NCBI GenBank assembly: GCA_009914755.4
Contig: CP068257.2
Coordinates: 11,904,001-11,968,000, forward strand
Origin: the human T2T-CHM13v2.0 reference genome, Homo sapiens
Direction of reading: 5' to 3'
Length of the DNA: 64,000 nucleotides
Part shown: positions 14,656-33,087 of the stretch, piece by piece
Layout of the letters: every line of letters starts with the position of its first letter
How positions within the stretch are numbered: position 1 is the first letter of the stretch
Made by a program: the position numbers and the translations under genes
The notes under the pieces: generated by a model
What the model was told of the DNA's origin: nothing
The model's database searches: none
What the model saw: the letters and a program-made list of their open reading frames with translations, nothing else

Positions 14656-16311
14656 CATTGTCTTAGTAGCCTAGACAACTGCCTTGTCTAGGGAGATGGC
14701 AGCAGAGATGAAGAGACATAAATTAAGTCAGTATATATTTTTAAAATAGGAGGACTATTTAGTGGATTGTATGGAGTAGTGGATGAGAAAAAAGGGGGAA
14801 TCAAAATTGTGAATTTATTAATAGCTAACTATTTATTTGACTGCATCCATTTTTCCTCTCATTCTACCTCCAATTTCTTCTCTTTGTACCTCAGACTCAT
14901 CTTCCTTCTTTGATGACAAGGGCTCTAAAGTGAGTCACCTAAACTGCAGTCTGAGGAGGAGTCAAGGGTACTGCAAATGTGAGAGCCAGATTCAGATACT
15001 GGCATGTGGAACAAGTTGAAGAATGGCTAATCTGACGTTCTGTATTTATCCAGAAATTTTAACTAGGCTCCATGAGTAAGGCTTTGAGGGCACAGTTCAG
15101 GGCTTAGCTGATTCCCCCCAAATGAGCTCTACTACCAGAAATTCCCTGGTAGAGATTATTTATTCTCCAGCTTTAGGGCTTTTATTAGATGAAATGTCTT
15201 ACTTCATGCTTTAATTTTATGGTTCTATTTTTAACAATTTCCTGAACAGTACATTCTACCATGTCTCAAAATAAACAATTTGTTATATTTTTATAAATCT
15301 GGACAAAGTCTGCCTTGTTTATTAACGTGTTTTTAAAAAATTCAATAGATAACTATTAAGTCATTTACTTCTCAGTTAATTTATAGAAGACAGCATTTCC
15401 ATTAGTATCTTTTGAATAGGTAAGAGATGAAGGACAAAATACTTTAGACTTTTAAACTATGTTTATTTTATTTAAAATCATTGCTGTGAAAAAAAAACAA
15501 GACATTGACCTATTGAACATAGTGTATTATTTTTCCTTTTATGCAATCTTGGCATATTCTTCAATTCAAAATAAGAAACCCCAAAAGTATATAATACTTC
15601 TTTGGAAAAATATGCAAAGGCCAACACATACAAAGGACAATGCTAGCTACAGAAATGCGTCAAAGACTAATAATAATTGACAAAAATCCAGTATTTTAAC
15701 AATAATTAATACCAGGTAAATTGATACATCCTATTACAGTATGAAATTCTGCCATTTAATTTCAAGTAAGAACCCTTATTTCCATTCTAGTACCTGCTGT
15801 CTTATGCATGTTTAACACAACAACAACAATAATATAAGTAGTTAGCATATATTAAAGCATTAACGAACACCAAGCATTGTTAAATATATTACATGTATTT
15901 TTGCTTAATTTTCACAACATTACTAATGGTTAAATATTATTACCACATTTTGTAGGGCAAAAAACTGAGGCTTAGAAACATTGAAAAAAACTTGCTCAAC
16001 GTTGCAAAACAAGAAATTTGTGACACTGGAATTGACATCTACAAGGGACTGATGTAACTAATTGCTGGATACATGTCCCTCAAAGACACAGAAACAGATC
16101 TTGTATTCTAGTGGATCTCCGGCACCCAGTGAGGGCCTGAAACAGAGTACATGTCCAACAAATAATTATTGAAGTAAAGATTGACATTTCAGGAGCAGAG
16201 ATTAATATTCAAAAACAAAGATGAGAATTTTGGCAGAAAAGTCAAAATGAGGTAAAAGTACATTTCCACCTTAACTTTTTTTAATTTGCTTAGCTGACAT
16301 AAGGAAGAGTT

Positions 16312-16322
16312 TATAATTTGTT
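16312..16322. repeat. Target-site duplication TATAATTTGTT (left copy) of the twin-primed L1
   Basis: The identical 11-mer occurs at 19499-19509, immediately beyond the other end of the L1. Confidence 0.75.
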
Positions 16323-19513
<3,191 letters not shown>

Positions 19514-21357
19514 TGAACTAGTGTTTCCAATTTAAAATGTGGTTTTCTATCTGGCTCCAACACTACATTTCTTCATAAGCTTCTGCACATTATTTAATGT
19601 TAAATATTTGGATTGGAGGTTGTGTTGAAGCATGTTTTACAATTATCTTGGACTTTTAAGTGGCAAAACTATTAATGCCATTTCTTTCTTTGCAAGGCAA
19701 AGTCATGTTTTTCTTATGCTACTCGCTGTTCAAATCTATGATGACTGATTGCTTCCGGAACTCTTCTTATATACATCAGTCATTTTAAGTAGACACATTT
19801 TTATCAGTATATCAAAATACCATGCAATCTAACCTAGTTTTGTCACCCCAACCATATTAGTGATGGAAAACTGGAAAACGTTCTATTCGTTTTTCTGTCA
19901 TATGTCTTAACAAGCTGCAGTCTTAGAGACATGCTAAAACTAGAATATCGAATTTAACCTGCTAGTGACTTTTTTTGAAAGAAGTTATTCTTCAAAGGCA
20001 TACTACTTTAATATAAGATGTATTTTGGGAAGAAGTTTTAGGAAAATAGAAATGACATTTTTAGAACCCATTCTGTATTACTTTCCATAAAGCAGTCATG
20101 ACAAATATTTAATTTACCTTTTACAATATTTTTAGAGATGAAAAAGGGAGAGAGGTAAAGTGAATCCCCAGGGATAATACAACTAGGAAATGACAGAATC
20201 AAGATTTAATTCCAGGGTCCATGTTTGTCTACAGAAATGTCTTTGCCCCTTACAGTGGTTCAGCCTTAAATCTGTCCTGTGAATTCTCTGGACCTTCAAT
20301 ACTTCAGCTGTTAGAAAATTGGACTGGCTGGCTGATTTCCAAAGACTCTCTTGTAATAAAAAATCTGTTTAACATGATCAATAATATACCAAATTAGGGA
20401 GAATCATGCTAAGTATTTCTTAAATTCTTTTTTTCCTTTCCATAGGTTATATTATGTTGAAAATTAGACACAAAGCTTCTTCTAAGACTAATAATATGCT
20501 GCAATATTTATTTTGGAAATGAAAGCTTATGATTAATTTAATAGCTAATATTTTTCCCAAACATTGAGTCTTGGTAGTAAATAAATTCATCATACTTATA
20601 ATTTTCAGCCCAATTTTGAAAGCCAGTCAGATTTGAGTAGTTTACTGTCTATGATTTAAACTTTACAAATTATTATTTGATTATTTACTATATTAATTAT
20701 GAAGTGTGATAGTGGTATAAACACCTATTAAGAAACTGTATTGTTAAATTTCTGAATCTTTGAACTGTTCTCTTATTTTCAGAGTTGACACAGAACTCAA
20801 ACAACTGAACCGCTTAAATCAAGATTGTTGAACATTAACTAAAAGAATCTCTTCACAGTATAAATTTTCCCATAAAACTATTTCCAGTGTTATACTTGTT
20901 TTGTCCTACACTGCTAATTATACTTCTAAATTAATCTAAACACCATCAGAGTACCACAAGGCTGTACAGAATGGGAGTATTCTGGATTAGAAAACAGGAG
21001 ATTCATATTTTATCTCAGGCTTCTTTAATTAGTCTTAATCCGAGGTATGTTTGTAGGATCCAGAGGTCTATGAAGTCCTGAATTTATGTTCACAATTTTG
21101 ATTATATGTTCATTTTTCTATGAAAATCACCTTTACATTTCACCAGATTATCAAATAGACCCATAACTCAAAAGGTTTGTAAACACTGCACTAACTTTTC
21201 GTCAAGATGTCGCACATTTCTTATCCCTGACTTCTTTTCATAATTTAAACTAAATGATTTGAAAGGTAAATTCTAAGTTTAATTTTTTGATTGCTCTAAG
21301 AACATAACTGTTGATATTATATCTCACAAAGGAGATCGCTATTCATTGCATGAAGTA

Positions 21358-22302
21358 TCACGGAGCAGTTTTCCCAAGACTGAAATACTGAATATTCAGT
21401 TTCTTCTTCATTGCTGTCTTCACTTCCTGGTTTCTCAAAGTATAGATAAGTGGATTCAGAAAGGGAGTGAAGATGGTATAGAAAACAGAGAGAATTTTGT
21501 CTACCAGGAAGTTTGTGGAAGGCCACACATAAATGAAAATACAGGGCCCAAAGAACATTAACACAACAATAAAATGTGCTGTACAGGTAGAAAGAGCCTT
21601 GGAGGATCCTGTGGAGGAGTAGTCCCTGATAGTATTAAGAACAATGATGTAGGAGGTGAGCAAAAGCAGAAAACTTGTAAGAGCAGTCACACCACTGGTT
21701 GAAATCATGGAGGTCCCAAGAACATAAATATCTATACAAGCTAACTGGATGACCAAAGGAAGATCACAGAAAAAACTGTCTACAACATTGGGAACACAGA
21801 AGGGCAAATAGAGGGAAAAACTAATTGGCTCATTGTATGTAGAAAGCCCACTGTCCAACAAGAAACTGCCACAAGCTCAACACACACTCTTTGGCTCATA
21901 ATTGTTGAATAGCGGAGAGGTTTACATATGGCAATATACCTGTCAAAAGACATGGAGATCAGCAGCACAATCTCAGTCCCATTGAAGAGGTGTAAAAAAA
22001 AGATCTGAGAAATGCAGCCTTCAAAAGAGATGGTCTTACGCAGAGCAAAAAAGTCCATAATCATCTTTGGTGTGGCAAAGGAGGACAGGCACATGTCAAT
22101 GAGACAGGTTGCTGAGCAGGAAGTACGTGCGAGAGTGAAGGTGTGAGGTGGATAGGACAGTGAGTAAAATCAGGCAGTTGCCCAACATGGTCATTAAATA
22201 GAAGACAGAAAACACCACAAAAAAGAATATCTGGAGTTCAGGAGAATCAGTAAGTCCAAGTAACATGAATTCAGATACTCTGGAATAGTTAAACCCCTCC
22301 AT
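21358..22302 (-). pseudogene. Olfactory receptor pseudogene, OR4 family (OR4F/OR4H/OR4K-like), disrupted by frameshifts
   Basis: A 945-bp receptor-sized locus on the - strand is split into three frames: 22302-22096, 22094-21780 and 21861-21358. Motifs in order: N-terminal MEGFNYSRVSEFMLLGLTDSPELQ, TM2 FLLSNLS, MSFDRYIAICKPL (the MAYDRY motif), KALSTCTAHFIVV (the KAFSTCxSH motif) and PFLNPLIYTLRNQEVKTAMKKL (the PMLNPxIYSLRN motif). Confidence 0.85.
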
Positions 22303-23741
22303 TCATCTGCAGACTCGGCTTTATAATTGTAAAAGGAACAAAATTACAGAGTTTGAAAATGTGATATTTCTACAACCACATATTAACTTATCATTCGCTT
22401 AAAGATTGATTACTAGATTCCAATGAAAAATTCTCAGGGTAAACGTTTTTGGGGGGACTCACTTAACAGTTGCTACCAGATATAATCTGAAAAGTTTAAC
22501 CTCTTGGTTTTGACCAGCATCAGCACACGTTGAGCTGTAGTCATCACATGCCCATACAATTATACACCTATCTGAATACTACTTAACGAGTTATGTAATA
22601 CACATTTATTGAGGCAGATTACATTACATTTGTGTGCTCTACTGAATAAGGCAGGTAAATAAAACTAAAAATAAAATAAGTGTTGAACTCTCAAAGGTTT
22701 CTCTTACACACAAAAATGTGAATATTTTGAATCAACTATTGTTAAACACTAGACTTAACTAAGACTTTAATGATTTCAGAAGATCCATTTAATATCTTAT
22801 GAGGGTGATAAATTATTTAATTTTTAATTTCTTAATTCCATAAGACAACTGATAACCAAAAGGCATTCTTGTAACCTACAAGAGTTATTCTCCACTTTTG
22901 GTAATTTATTATTTCATAGAAACATGTTTTAAAAAGAGAATCTCCCTCCTTTAATTCTCTTCATTCTACCCAAAGCTATATTTTAAACTAGAAAAAACAA
23001 ACAAAAAAGATACATTAAGAACTCAGAATTATTTTTCAAAATTACTTTTTTCATTTACAGTGCTTCCCAAGTTCTAGAAATTTTATTTCCTATGGAATAT
23101 CAATGTCTTTACCAAACAGTCAAAAGTGTGGTACAAAACAAGTGAAACTTAGTCCTAGTAAATGAAAGCTAATTTTGTGACCAGGTAGGGTTTACTTTGC
23201 CAGCCACCTAATGAAATTTAAGCCTTTGACTACAGAAATTTTAGCTGAGTAACTGGAAATTTGTCCGGGTTGCTGGAAAATTTGATGAGACCAAAATTAA
23301 TTAAGTAAAAAAATATAGTGTTACATCAGGCATTTATAAGTCTATATGCATCTAAATCATTTTTTTAGTTAAATTGCTTTTTCCACATGTAAAACTACAT
23401 GAATTCCCTTGTTATATTACACATTTGAATATTTCACTTTATATATTTGAATATTTATCTAGTTTTGATAATAATTTAATTATAATAGATAATGCAATTT
23501 TATCTAATCCTGTATTCTAACTTACCGTCTTTGAAAATGCAATATTTCATTCCTTCTTCAATAAAAGTTTTCAAGGTACACTAAAAAAGATTTCATTATG
23601 TCAGTGAAACGTGGTGGACGAATGTCAAAAATTTTAAAATATCAATATACTAATATTTAAGTTATAGTCAATATGCTTAGAAAAGAATAAAATCATTGTT
23701 ATAAACTCAAAGAATGAACAAATGGAAAAAGACTCAAAAAT

Positions 23742-24057
23742 GGGCCGGGCACAGTGGCTCATGCCTGTAATGCTAGCATTGTGGGAGGCTGAGGCAGCGG
23801 ATGGCTTGAGCGCAGGAGTTTAAGACCAGCCTGGCCACCATGGCGAAACCCTGTCTCTACTAAAAATACAGAAATTTACCAAGCATAGTGGCACACACCT
23901 GTAATCCCACACCGGCTTCTCCGGTGGCTAAGGCAGGGGAATCCTTTGAACCTGGGAGGCGGAGGCAGAGGCTACAGTGAGCCAAGAACATGCCACTGCA
24001 CGCCGGCTTGAGCACTAAGTGAGTACCTGTCTCAAAAAAAAAAAAAAAAAAAAGAAA
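23742..24057 (+). mobile_element. Alu (+ strand) with long poly-A tail
   Basis: gggccgggcacagtggctcatgcctgtaat... and an A23 tail. Confidence 0.85.
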
Positions 24058-24741
24058 AGAACTATTTGACTTTTATTTTCTTCATTATCTTCCATTAATT
24101 TATTCCCAATGATCCTTCCAAAAATTCTTGAAAATAAATAATAATAAAGAAAATCTTGCATTATGAATGCCTGAGACTACTGACTATTGAAATTTTAGAT
24201 TGTAGATCAATACACATATAGATTTAACTGTCTGACAGTGCCAATGTATCAATTCAGTGAAAAAATAAGTTTTATGATTATGTGCCCCCTTTTTTCTGAA
24301 TTAACTGATTCGCTGATTAAATTTGCAGATAAGCTGATTGCTTTTAGTTAAAAGTAGTAGCATGGTTTCTAGTCTAAAGAAAAAGTCTTATCTGATTTGC
24401 AGTAAAAGCTAAAACAAGTGTTCCAAAACAATTTTGGCTTCTTTTTTGGATAACTATCACAAATTTTACATTGACTACACATTCTGACTTTAGAATAGAA
24501 GGATTATACCAATTGTTCTGTTGCAGCAACTTTCAGAGTCCAGTTAGAAGTGGAAAAATAAAAATGGGAAAAAATCTGATTCATTTTTAAAAATTTTAAT
24601 TTGTTTTTAATTGTTGCTGTGCAGAAGCAAATGTACTGGAAATGAATTGTACTCAGTTAATTATAATTTACCTTACTATTCCATCCTTAACTCATTCTGT
24701 GATTGAACACTAAATATCAAAATTTTAAATATTACTTTCAC

Positions 24742-25551
<810 letters not shown>

Positions 25552-28127
25552 TTAAGAGTAGTTACGGTATTCTTGACTTCACTTATGTCTCAGTAGCCTA
25601 AGATTTGACCTCTACTTGTGAGAATTATATTAGATGGTCTATGTAAAGCTTGAAGCATATTTTCTGGGCAAAATTTAAGGAATTTTCTAGGTTTGAAAAT
25701 CCAAATTTAACAATGCTGTTCAGAAATAGTGTGTTTTATTATTAATAACATATGCAATAAAAATTCTAATCTATTTAATTTCAGGGATTTAGAAAAAGAC
25801 CATGTACTACCAAAATAATTTCATCTGTTTGAAATTGCATTTTTCATATCAAAATGGCACAAGTTCCTTTTATATTAAATGCATTGAAAACCCTCAGCTT
25901 CACACATTTGAATATTTCTATTTTACTGACAATTTATTTACTATTGGGAACTACTCATATTGATTTAAACATACACATAAGTTTATATTTATATTTTTTT
26001 CTCCTTTTCATCACCAGAAAGAATGTTTTAGTTCCTATTTAATGGAACCATCCATTTTTATGTCTTTAAGTCATATATAATTTTTTCTTTGCTATTCCTC
26101 CATTGTTTCTGTTTTATATAATTATTAAATAAATGTCAATTGTTTTGCTATCTGAAGAATGCAAACCACAACTGCTTCTGAAGACCCTATCATATCTAGC
26201 TTTTAACCTACCAGTTATGCACCTAGCGTCAAAAACACCATTTCCTCCGAGATTCACAAGCCTACTGAAATCACCATAGTTCTTTAGTAAGCATCAGAAG
26301 CCTGGAGTATGGATGTATATTTTTCTCCTGTCTTTATTATAAAACCCCTTAGAAAGCAGTGACATTTACTAGATCAGGGATTAAACACTATAATCTACTT
26401 GCAGTGGGAGTCATTAAAATGTTGACCCAACTCTTCACAGAGTTGCAACAAGAACTGTGAAGTGTGTCTTTGCTATTTAAAGTGGGAATGCACTCCTGTG
26501 ATGTAGCAATGTTCATTGGAGAAAAGCACAACTGGGACTGGCCTAGGAGAAGAAAACATTGAAGCAGTCATTTGCAGAGCATATGGGGAACAAAAATTAC
26601 TCCTTTAGTTATGGAAATATTCCCATATTTATGCCCCAGTTTGCAAAGTCCAACAATTGGAAAATTATTCTTTTAGGCTAAGGCAATTTGTCTGCAGCAA
26701 ATACTTGCTTACTGGAAGTTGCGTATTAAAGGAAGTATCATGCATTAAAGTTTCTGACAATACATTAAAAAATTAGCGCAAACTAATACTGATAGCTGTT
26801 TCGAGGGATAGGTGAATCATAGAAAGGGGGACGTTGGAAAGTCCAACATAGCCAGGAGGAGAGAAGAGAGGTAGTATGTAGTACCTTAGATGAATAGTGT
26901 AAAAATTAAATTATAAAAATAAACTTTAAACATTCAGTTCAATGCTTACTACAAGGAAAGTACTTAATAAAATATAGTAGAAATAATAGCAGGGATGTTT
27001 ATAATAATTATCATTATTTTTGAAGTGTTCATAATGGATTATCCAGGAAGATACAGATGTGGATTCACAACCCAAAACCATAAGCCAAGGGTCTTGCCAT
27101 ATTTACCTGCAGGTCAATCATTTATCTGTGGCTTGCTCTCTAAGCACGACTTGTTTCCCAAATACCTGAAAGACTGAACTCTTCACAACTGTCATATCCA
27201 TCGTACATTCCCCACAGGTCTGGCAATAGACCCCAAGAAAATCTTCCCTAGCTGACCACATTTCTAGCACTCTTTGAAATAAGGAAGCACGTTTAGTTTT
27301 AAGATGTTTTTCCTTCTACGAAGAAAAAGGAAATGATTTTTTAAAAACTTAACAAAACTGGTATAAAGATTTAATAGTTTTCTAGTTGTCCCTTGGTATC
27401 CATAGAAGATTGGTTCCAGGACCCTCGCTGATACCAAAATCCATGGATGTTCAAATCCCTGAGTTAAAATGGCATGATATTTGTATACAATCTAAACACA
27501 TCCTCCCATATACTTTAAATCATCTTAGATTACTTATGATGCCTAATACAATATAAATGCTATGTAACTAGTTGTTATACGGTATCACTTTCTGAATTTG
27601 TATTATTTGTATTGTTTTTTATTAATATTTTGGATCCGCTATTGGTTGAATCCAAGAATATGGAACCCACAGAAAAAGAGGTCTAGCTGTAAATCTAAAA
27701 TATGTATCCAATTGTAAAACAAAAAATAAGGATATATAGTAATTATTAGAGTAATCCTGGAAAACTGTATAAATCCTGGAAAACAGGTATAATTATTATT
27801 AGAGTAATACTGGAAAAGGCAAGAGAATAAACAGAAAAATAATAGAAATAAAAATAATTCAAAAAAAATAATTCAGAAAGAGAGCATGAAGGAGTTTTTT
27901 GGTATTAGTAACCTGTTGTATATCTTGGTTGTGGTGCTGATTACATAATATATATGTATGCTAAAATTAATGGATTGTTTACCAGAACAAAGAAAAGGTC
28001 CATTTTACTTTAAGATAATTTTATAAAGTAGAATTTTAAAAAGTAAACCCAGATAATTCAGTACAAGGGCAAATTTCAAAATGAGAAAATAAATTCAATA
28101 ACCTTCTTATAAATTATTCAACAATAT

Positions 28128-28200
28128 ATTGAACTTAAATATATTGAACTTAAATATATTTAATTGTTAAATATATTGAACTTAAATATATTTAATTGTT
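28128..28200. repeat. AT-rich tandem duplication (~36-bp unit tatattgaacttaaatatatttaattgttaaa, 2 copies)
   Basis: Read directly from the sequence. Confidence 0.7.
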
Positions 28201-28611
28201 AAATAAATATATTTAACATTATATTAAATATGTAATATATTAAAATGTAATATGTTAAAATGTAGCCAAAAAGAACCTATTCAAATGAACAATAGGCTAT
28301 ATAAAGTAAATAGGAATAATCTTAAACAGAAATGTGTTGTTTATAAATGACAAAAGCTATACTATTCTAAAAAAAGAAAAAAGTTGACAAATACATTTAA
28401 ATACTTATTATGGTATTGGAGAAAAATGCAACATCGTTCAACACATACATTTTCCCTCCTATAAAATGAAATTCAATAAACCATGAGATATTTTTGAGTT
28501 CACAAAATAATTTTCAAAATTTGTCTGAAGGCAAATCAGATTAAAGTAGTCAAGAATTAGAAATATTATTTCGTTTGTTTGCTTTATGTTTTGGTTTTTA
28601 GCTAACTTAAG

Positions 28612-30300
28612 CTTTTTTTATTCGTACAAATTTATGGGATACGTGTGGAATTTTGTTACATGTATGTAATGCATAGTGATTAAGTCAGGATATTTAGGGT
28701 GTTCGTCACTCCAGTACAATACTTTTTAAAGTATAGTTATCCTACTCTGCTATCAAACATTCAATTTATTCCTCCTATCTTATCCTTTAGTGCACTTCTC
28801 TTTATTCTTTCCCCTGCCCTTTCCACTCACTCTTCCCAGTCTCTGTGATCTATTTTTCCACTTTCTACCTCCACGTGATGAAATTTTTTTAGCTCCTGCA
28901 TATAAGTGAGAACATGGGATAGTTACCATTTTGTGCCTGGTTTATTTCACACCAGTTTTATCCATGTTGCTGCAAATGACATTATTTCATTCTTTTTTAT
29001 GGCTGTGAATAATATTCCATTGTGTATATACACCACATTTTTTGTTGGTTTGTTTTGTTTTCTGTTTTATTTTTTCATGATTTTTATTGGAGGATATCAT
29101 CATGAAATATTCTGTATTTTGTATGTTACTGGCTTGATAATAGATCATGCTCGGGAATTATTTCAGAGCTTCATCACCTCTTCCAAGCACCACTTGGGAC
29201 CTGAGTACCCCAAACATTGCTGGGTACACCTGCACATCATGCTACTGCCCCTGCGCACCAGCACATCCCTGGCTGCTGAGCCGTCCACCTTGCCATCTTC
29301 ACTGGTCAACAGTTCTGCATGCAGTTTGAAGAGCTTTGCAAAATCCCTCACCAACTTCACAAACCCTGAGTCTTTTTACTATCACCTTCATAAGCCCAAA
29401 ACCCCACTTAGGTTGGTCTCATATCTTTGCATTGTGAAAAGTACTGCAATAAACATGCGAGTGCAGGTATCCCCTTGGTATATTGATTTTTTTCCCCTTT
29501 GAGCAAATACCCAGTAGTAAAATTGCTGTTTCCAATGGTGATTCTATTTTTACTTTTGTGAGGAATCGCCATAATGTTGTCTACAGTTGCTATACTGGTT
29601 TACATTCCCACCAACAGTGTAGAAGAGTTCCTTTTTCAATCTGTTATATTTTGTTTTGCTTTGTTTTTGTTTTTGTTTTTAGGAATAGTCATTATGACTA
29701 GGGGAAAATAATATTTCATCGTGGTTTTGATTTGCATTTATATAATGATTAGTGATGTTGAGCATTTTTTCATATATCTTTTGGCCTTTTGTATGTCTTC
29801 TTTTGAGAAATGTCTATTTATATCCTTTGGCCACTTTCCAATGGAATTTTTTTTTCCTGTTGAGTTGTTTGGGTTTTTGGTAAATTCTAGGTATTAGCCC
29901 ACTATTAGATGAACAGTTTGCAAATATTTTCTTCCATTCAGGAGGTTGTCTCTTCACTCTGCTGATTATTTCTTCTGCTGCTCAGAAGCTTTCTAAGTTA
30001 ATTAAGTCCCATTTGTCTATTTTTATTTGTGTTGCTTGTGGCTTTTGAGGTGTTAGTCATAAATTCTTTGCCTAGACAAAAGGCCAGGAAATTTTTCCCT
30101 AGGTTTTCTTCAAGTATTTTTATAGTTTCAGGTCTTCTGTTTAAGTTTTTAATCTACTTTGAGTTGATTCTTGTATATAGTGAGATAGTGGTCCAGTTTC
30201 ATTTTTCTGGATGTGGCTATCCAATTTTCCCAGCACCATTTATTGAAGAGTGTGTCCTTTCCCCAGTGTCAGCTTTGTTGAAGATCAAATCTGCAAACAA
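28612..30300 (-). mobile_element. L1 3' portion (older L1P, - strand)
   Basis: Reverse complement of the L1 3'UTR and ORF2 C-terminus. ORF 28906-29502 is the antisense-L1 pseudo-ORF. 29160-29420 is more divergent. Confidence 0.65.
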
Positions 30301-30477
30301 ATTATAAAACTGTAATATCTAAGTAATATTGGAGAAGCACAGAAAACAACTGACAATATAAGGGACTTGAGAACAATGAATTATATATAGACCAAGTATA
30401 TATAAGACCTTACAATATTATAATGTGAATATGTTACCTGAATTGCCAAAAGGGACTTTGTAGATGGATTTAAGGTT

Positions 30478-33087
30478 GCTAATCAGCTTGCCTTCCAAAT
30501 GCTACCGGAGGTACAAAGAGGAGCTGGTACCATTCCTTCAGAAACTATTACAAACAATAGAAAAAGAGGGACTCCTCCCTAACTCATTTTATGAGGCCAA
30601 CATCATCCTGATACCAAAACCTGGCAGAGACACACATAAAAAAGAAAATTTCAGGCCAATATCCCTGATGAACATCAGTGCAAAAATCCTCAATAAAATA
30701 CTGGCAAACCAATTCCAGCAGCACATCAAAAAGCTTATCCACCATGATCAAGTTGGCTTCATCCCTGGGATGCAAGGCTGGTTCAACATACCCAATCAGT
30801 AAACATAATCCATCACATAAACAGAACCAATGACAAACATCACATGATTATCTCAATAGATGCAGAAAAGGCCTTCGATAAAATTCACCCCTTCATGCTA
30901 AAAACTCTAAATAAACTAGGTATTGATGGAACGTATCTGAAAATAATAAGAGCTATTTATGACACACCCACAGCCAATATCATACCGAATGGGCAAAAGC
31001 TGGAAGCATTCTGTTTGAAAACCAGCACAAGACAAGGATGCCCTTTCTCACCATTCTTATTCAACACAGCATTGGAAGTTCTGGCCAGGGCAATCAGGGA
31101 AGAGAAAGAAATAAAGCGTATTCAAATAGGAAGAGAGGGAGGTAAATTGTCAAAGTTTGCAGATGACATGATTGTATATTTAGAAAACCCCATCATCTTA
31201 GCCCAAAATCTCCTTAAGCTGATAAGCAACTTCAGCAGTCTCGGGATACAAAATCAATGTGCAAAAATTACAAACATTCCTATACACCATTAATAGATAA
31301 ACAGCCAAATCATGAGTGAACTCCCATTCACAATTGCTACAAAGAGAATAAAATACCTAGGAATACAACTAACAAGGGATATGAAGGACCTCTTCAAGGA
31401 GAATTACAAACCACTGCTCAAGGAAAAAGAGAGGACACAAACAAATGGAAAAACGTTCTGTGCTCATGGATAGGAAGAATCAATATCATGAAAATGGCCA
31501 TACTGCCCAAAGTAATTTACAGATTCAATGCTATCCCCATCAAGCTACCATTGACTTTCTTCACAGAATTAGAAAAAACAACTTTAAATTTCATATGGAA
31601 CCAAAAAAGAGCCTGTATAGCCAAGACAATCCTAAGCAAAAAGAACAAATCTGGAGGCATCACACTACCTGACTTCAAACTATACTACAAGGCCGCAGTA
31701 ACCAAAACAGCATGGTGCTGGTACCAAAACAGATATATAGACCAATGGAACAGAAAAGAGGCCTTAGAAATAATGCCACACATCTACAACCATCTGATCT
31801 TTAACAAGCCTGACAAAAGCAAGCAATGGGAAAAGGATTCCGTATTTAATAAATGATGTGAAAACTGGCTAGACATATGCAGAAAACTGAAACTGAACCC
31901 CTTCCTTACACCTTATACAAAATTAACTCAAGATGGATTAAAGGCTTAAATGGAAAACCTAAAACCATAAAAACCCTAGAAGAAAACCTAGGCAATACCA
32001 CTCAGGACATAGGCATTGGCAAAGACTTCATGACTAAAACACCAAAACCAATGGCAACAAAAGCCAAAATTGACAAATGGGATCTAATTAAACCAAAGAG
32101 CTTCTGCACAGAAAAAAAAAAAAAAACTCTCATCAGAGTGGACAGTCAACCTACAGAATGAGAGGAAATTTTTGCAATCTATCCATCTGACAAAGGGCTA
32201 ATATCTAGAATCTACAGGGAACTTAAACAAATTTACAAGAAAAAAACAACCCCATCAAAAAGTGAGCAAAGGATATGAACAGACACTTCTCAAAAGAAGA
32301 CATTTATGCAGCCAACAAACATATGAAAAAAAAGCTCATCATCACTGGTCATTAGAGAAATGCAAATCAAAACCACAATGAGATACCATCTCATGCCAGT
32401 TAGAATGGTGATCATTAAAAGGTGAGGAAACAACAGATGCTGGAGAGGATGTGGAGAAATAGGAACCCTTTTACACTGTTGGTGGGAGGGTAAATTAGTT
32501 CAACCATTGTGGAAGACAGTGTAGCGATTCCTCAAGGATGTAGAACCAGAAATACCATTTGACCCAGCAATCCCATTACTGGGTATATACCCAAAGAATT
32601 ATATATCATTCTACTATAAAGACACATGCACATGTATGTTTACTGCGGCACTGTTCACAATAGCAAAGACTTGGAACCAACCCAAATGCCCATCAATCAT
32701 AGACTGGATAAAGAAAATGGGTCACATATACATTATGGAATACTATGCAGCCATAAAAAAGGATGAGTTCATGTCATTTGCAGGGACATGGATGAAGCTA
32801 GAAACCATCATTCTCAGCAAACTAACACAGGAACAGAAAACCAAACACCACATGTTCTCACTCTTAAGTGGGAGTTGAACAATGAGAACACAGGGACACA
32901 GGGAGGGGAACATCCCACACGGGGGCCTGTCACAGGGTGGGGGGCTAGGGGAAGAATAGCATTAGGAGAAATACCTAGTGTAGGTGACAGGTTGATGGGT
33001 GCAGCAAACCACCATGGCACATATTTACCTATGTAACAAACCTGCATATTCTACACATGTATCCCAGAACTTAAAGTATAATTTTTA
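30478..33087 (+). mobile_element. L1PA-like element, 5'-truncated (ORF2 reverse-transcriptase region through 3'UTR), + strand
   Basis: ORFs 30464-30802, 30844-31293, 31488-31856, 31877-32161 and 32636-32878 follow ORF2 in order ([12 protein letters not shown]..., FADDM, ...LLSG). The 3' end is ..aacaaacctgcatattctacacatgtatcccagaacttaaagtataat. Confidence 0.8.

Noticed and set aside
28906-29502. 198-aa ORF on + strand
   Set aside because: Antisense translation of an L1 3' region (the characteristic ..SFFFMA.. antisense-L1 pseudo-ORF). The same applies to ORFs 10783-11178, 47474-47686, 53730-54146 and 59396-59749.
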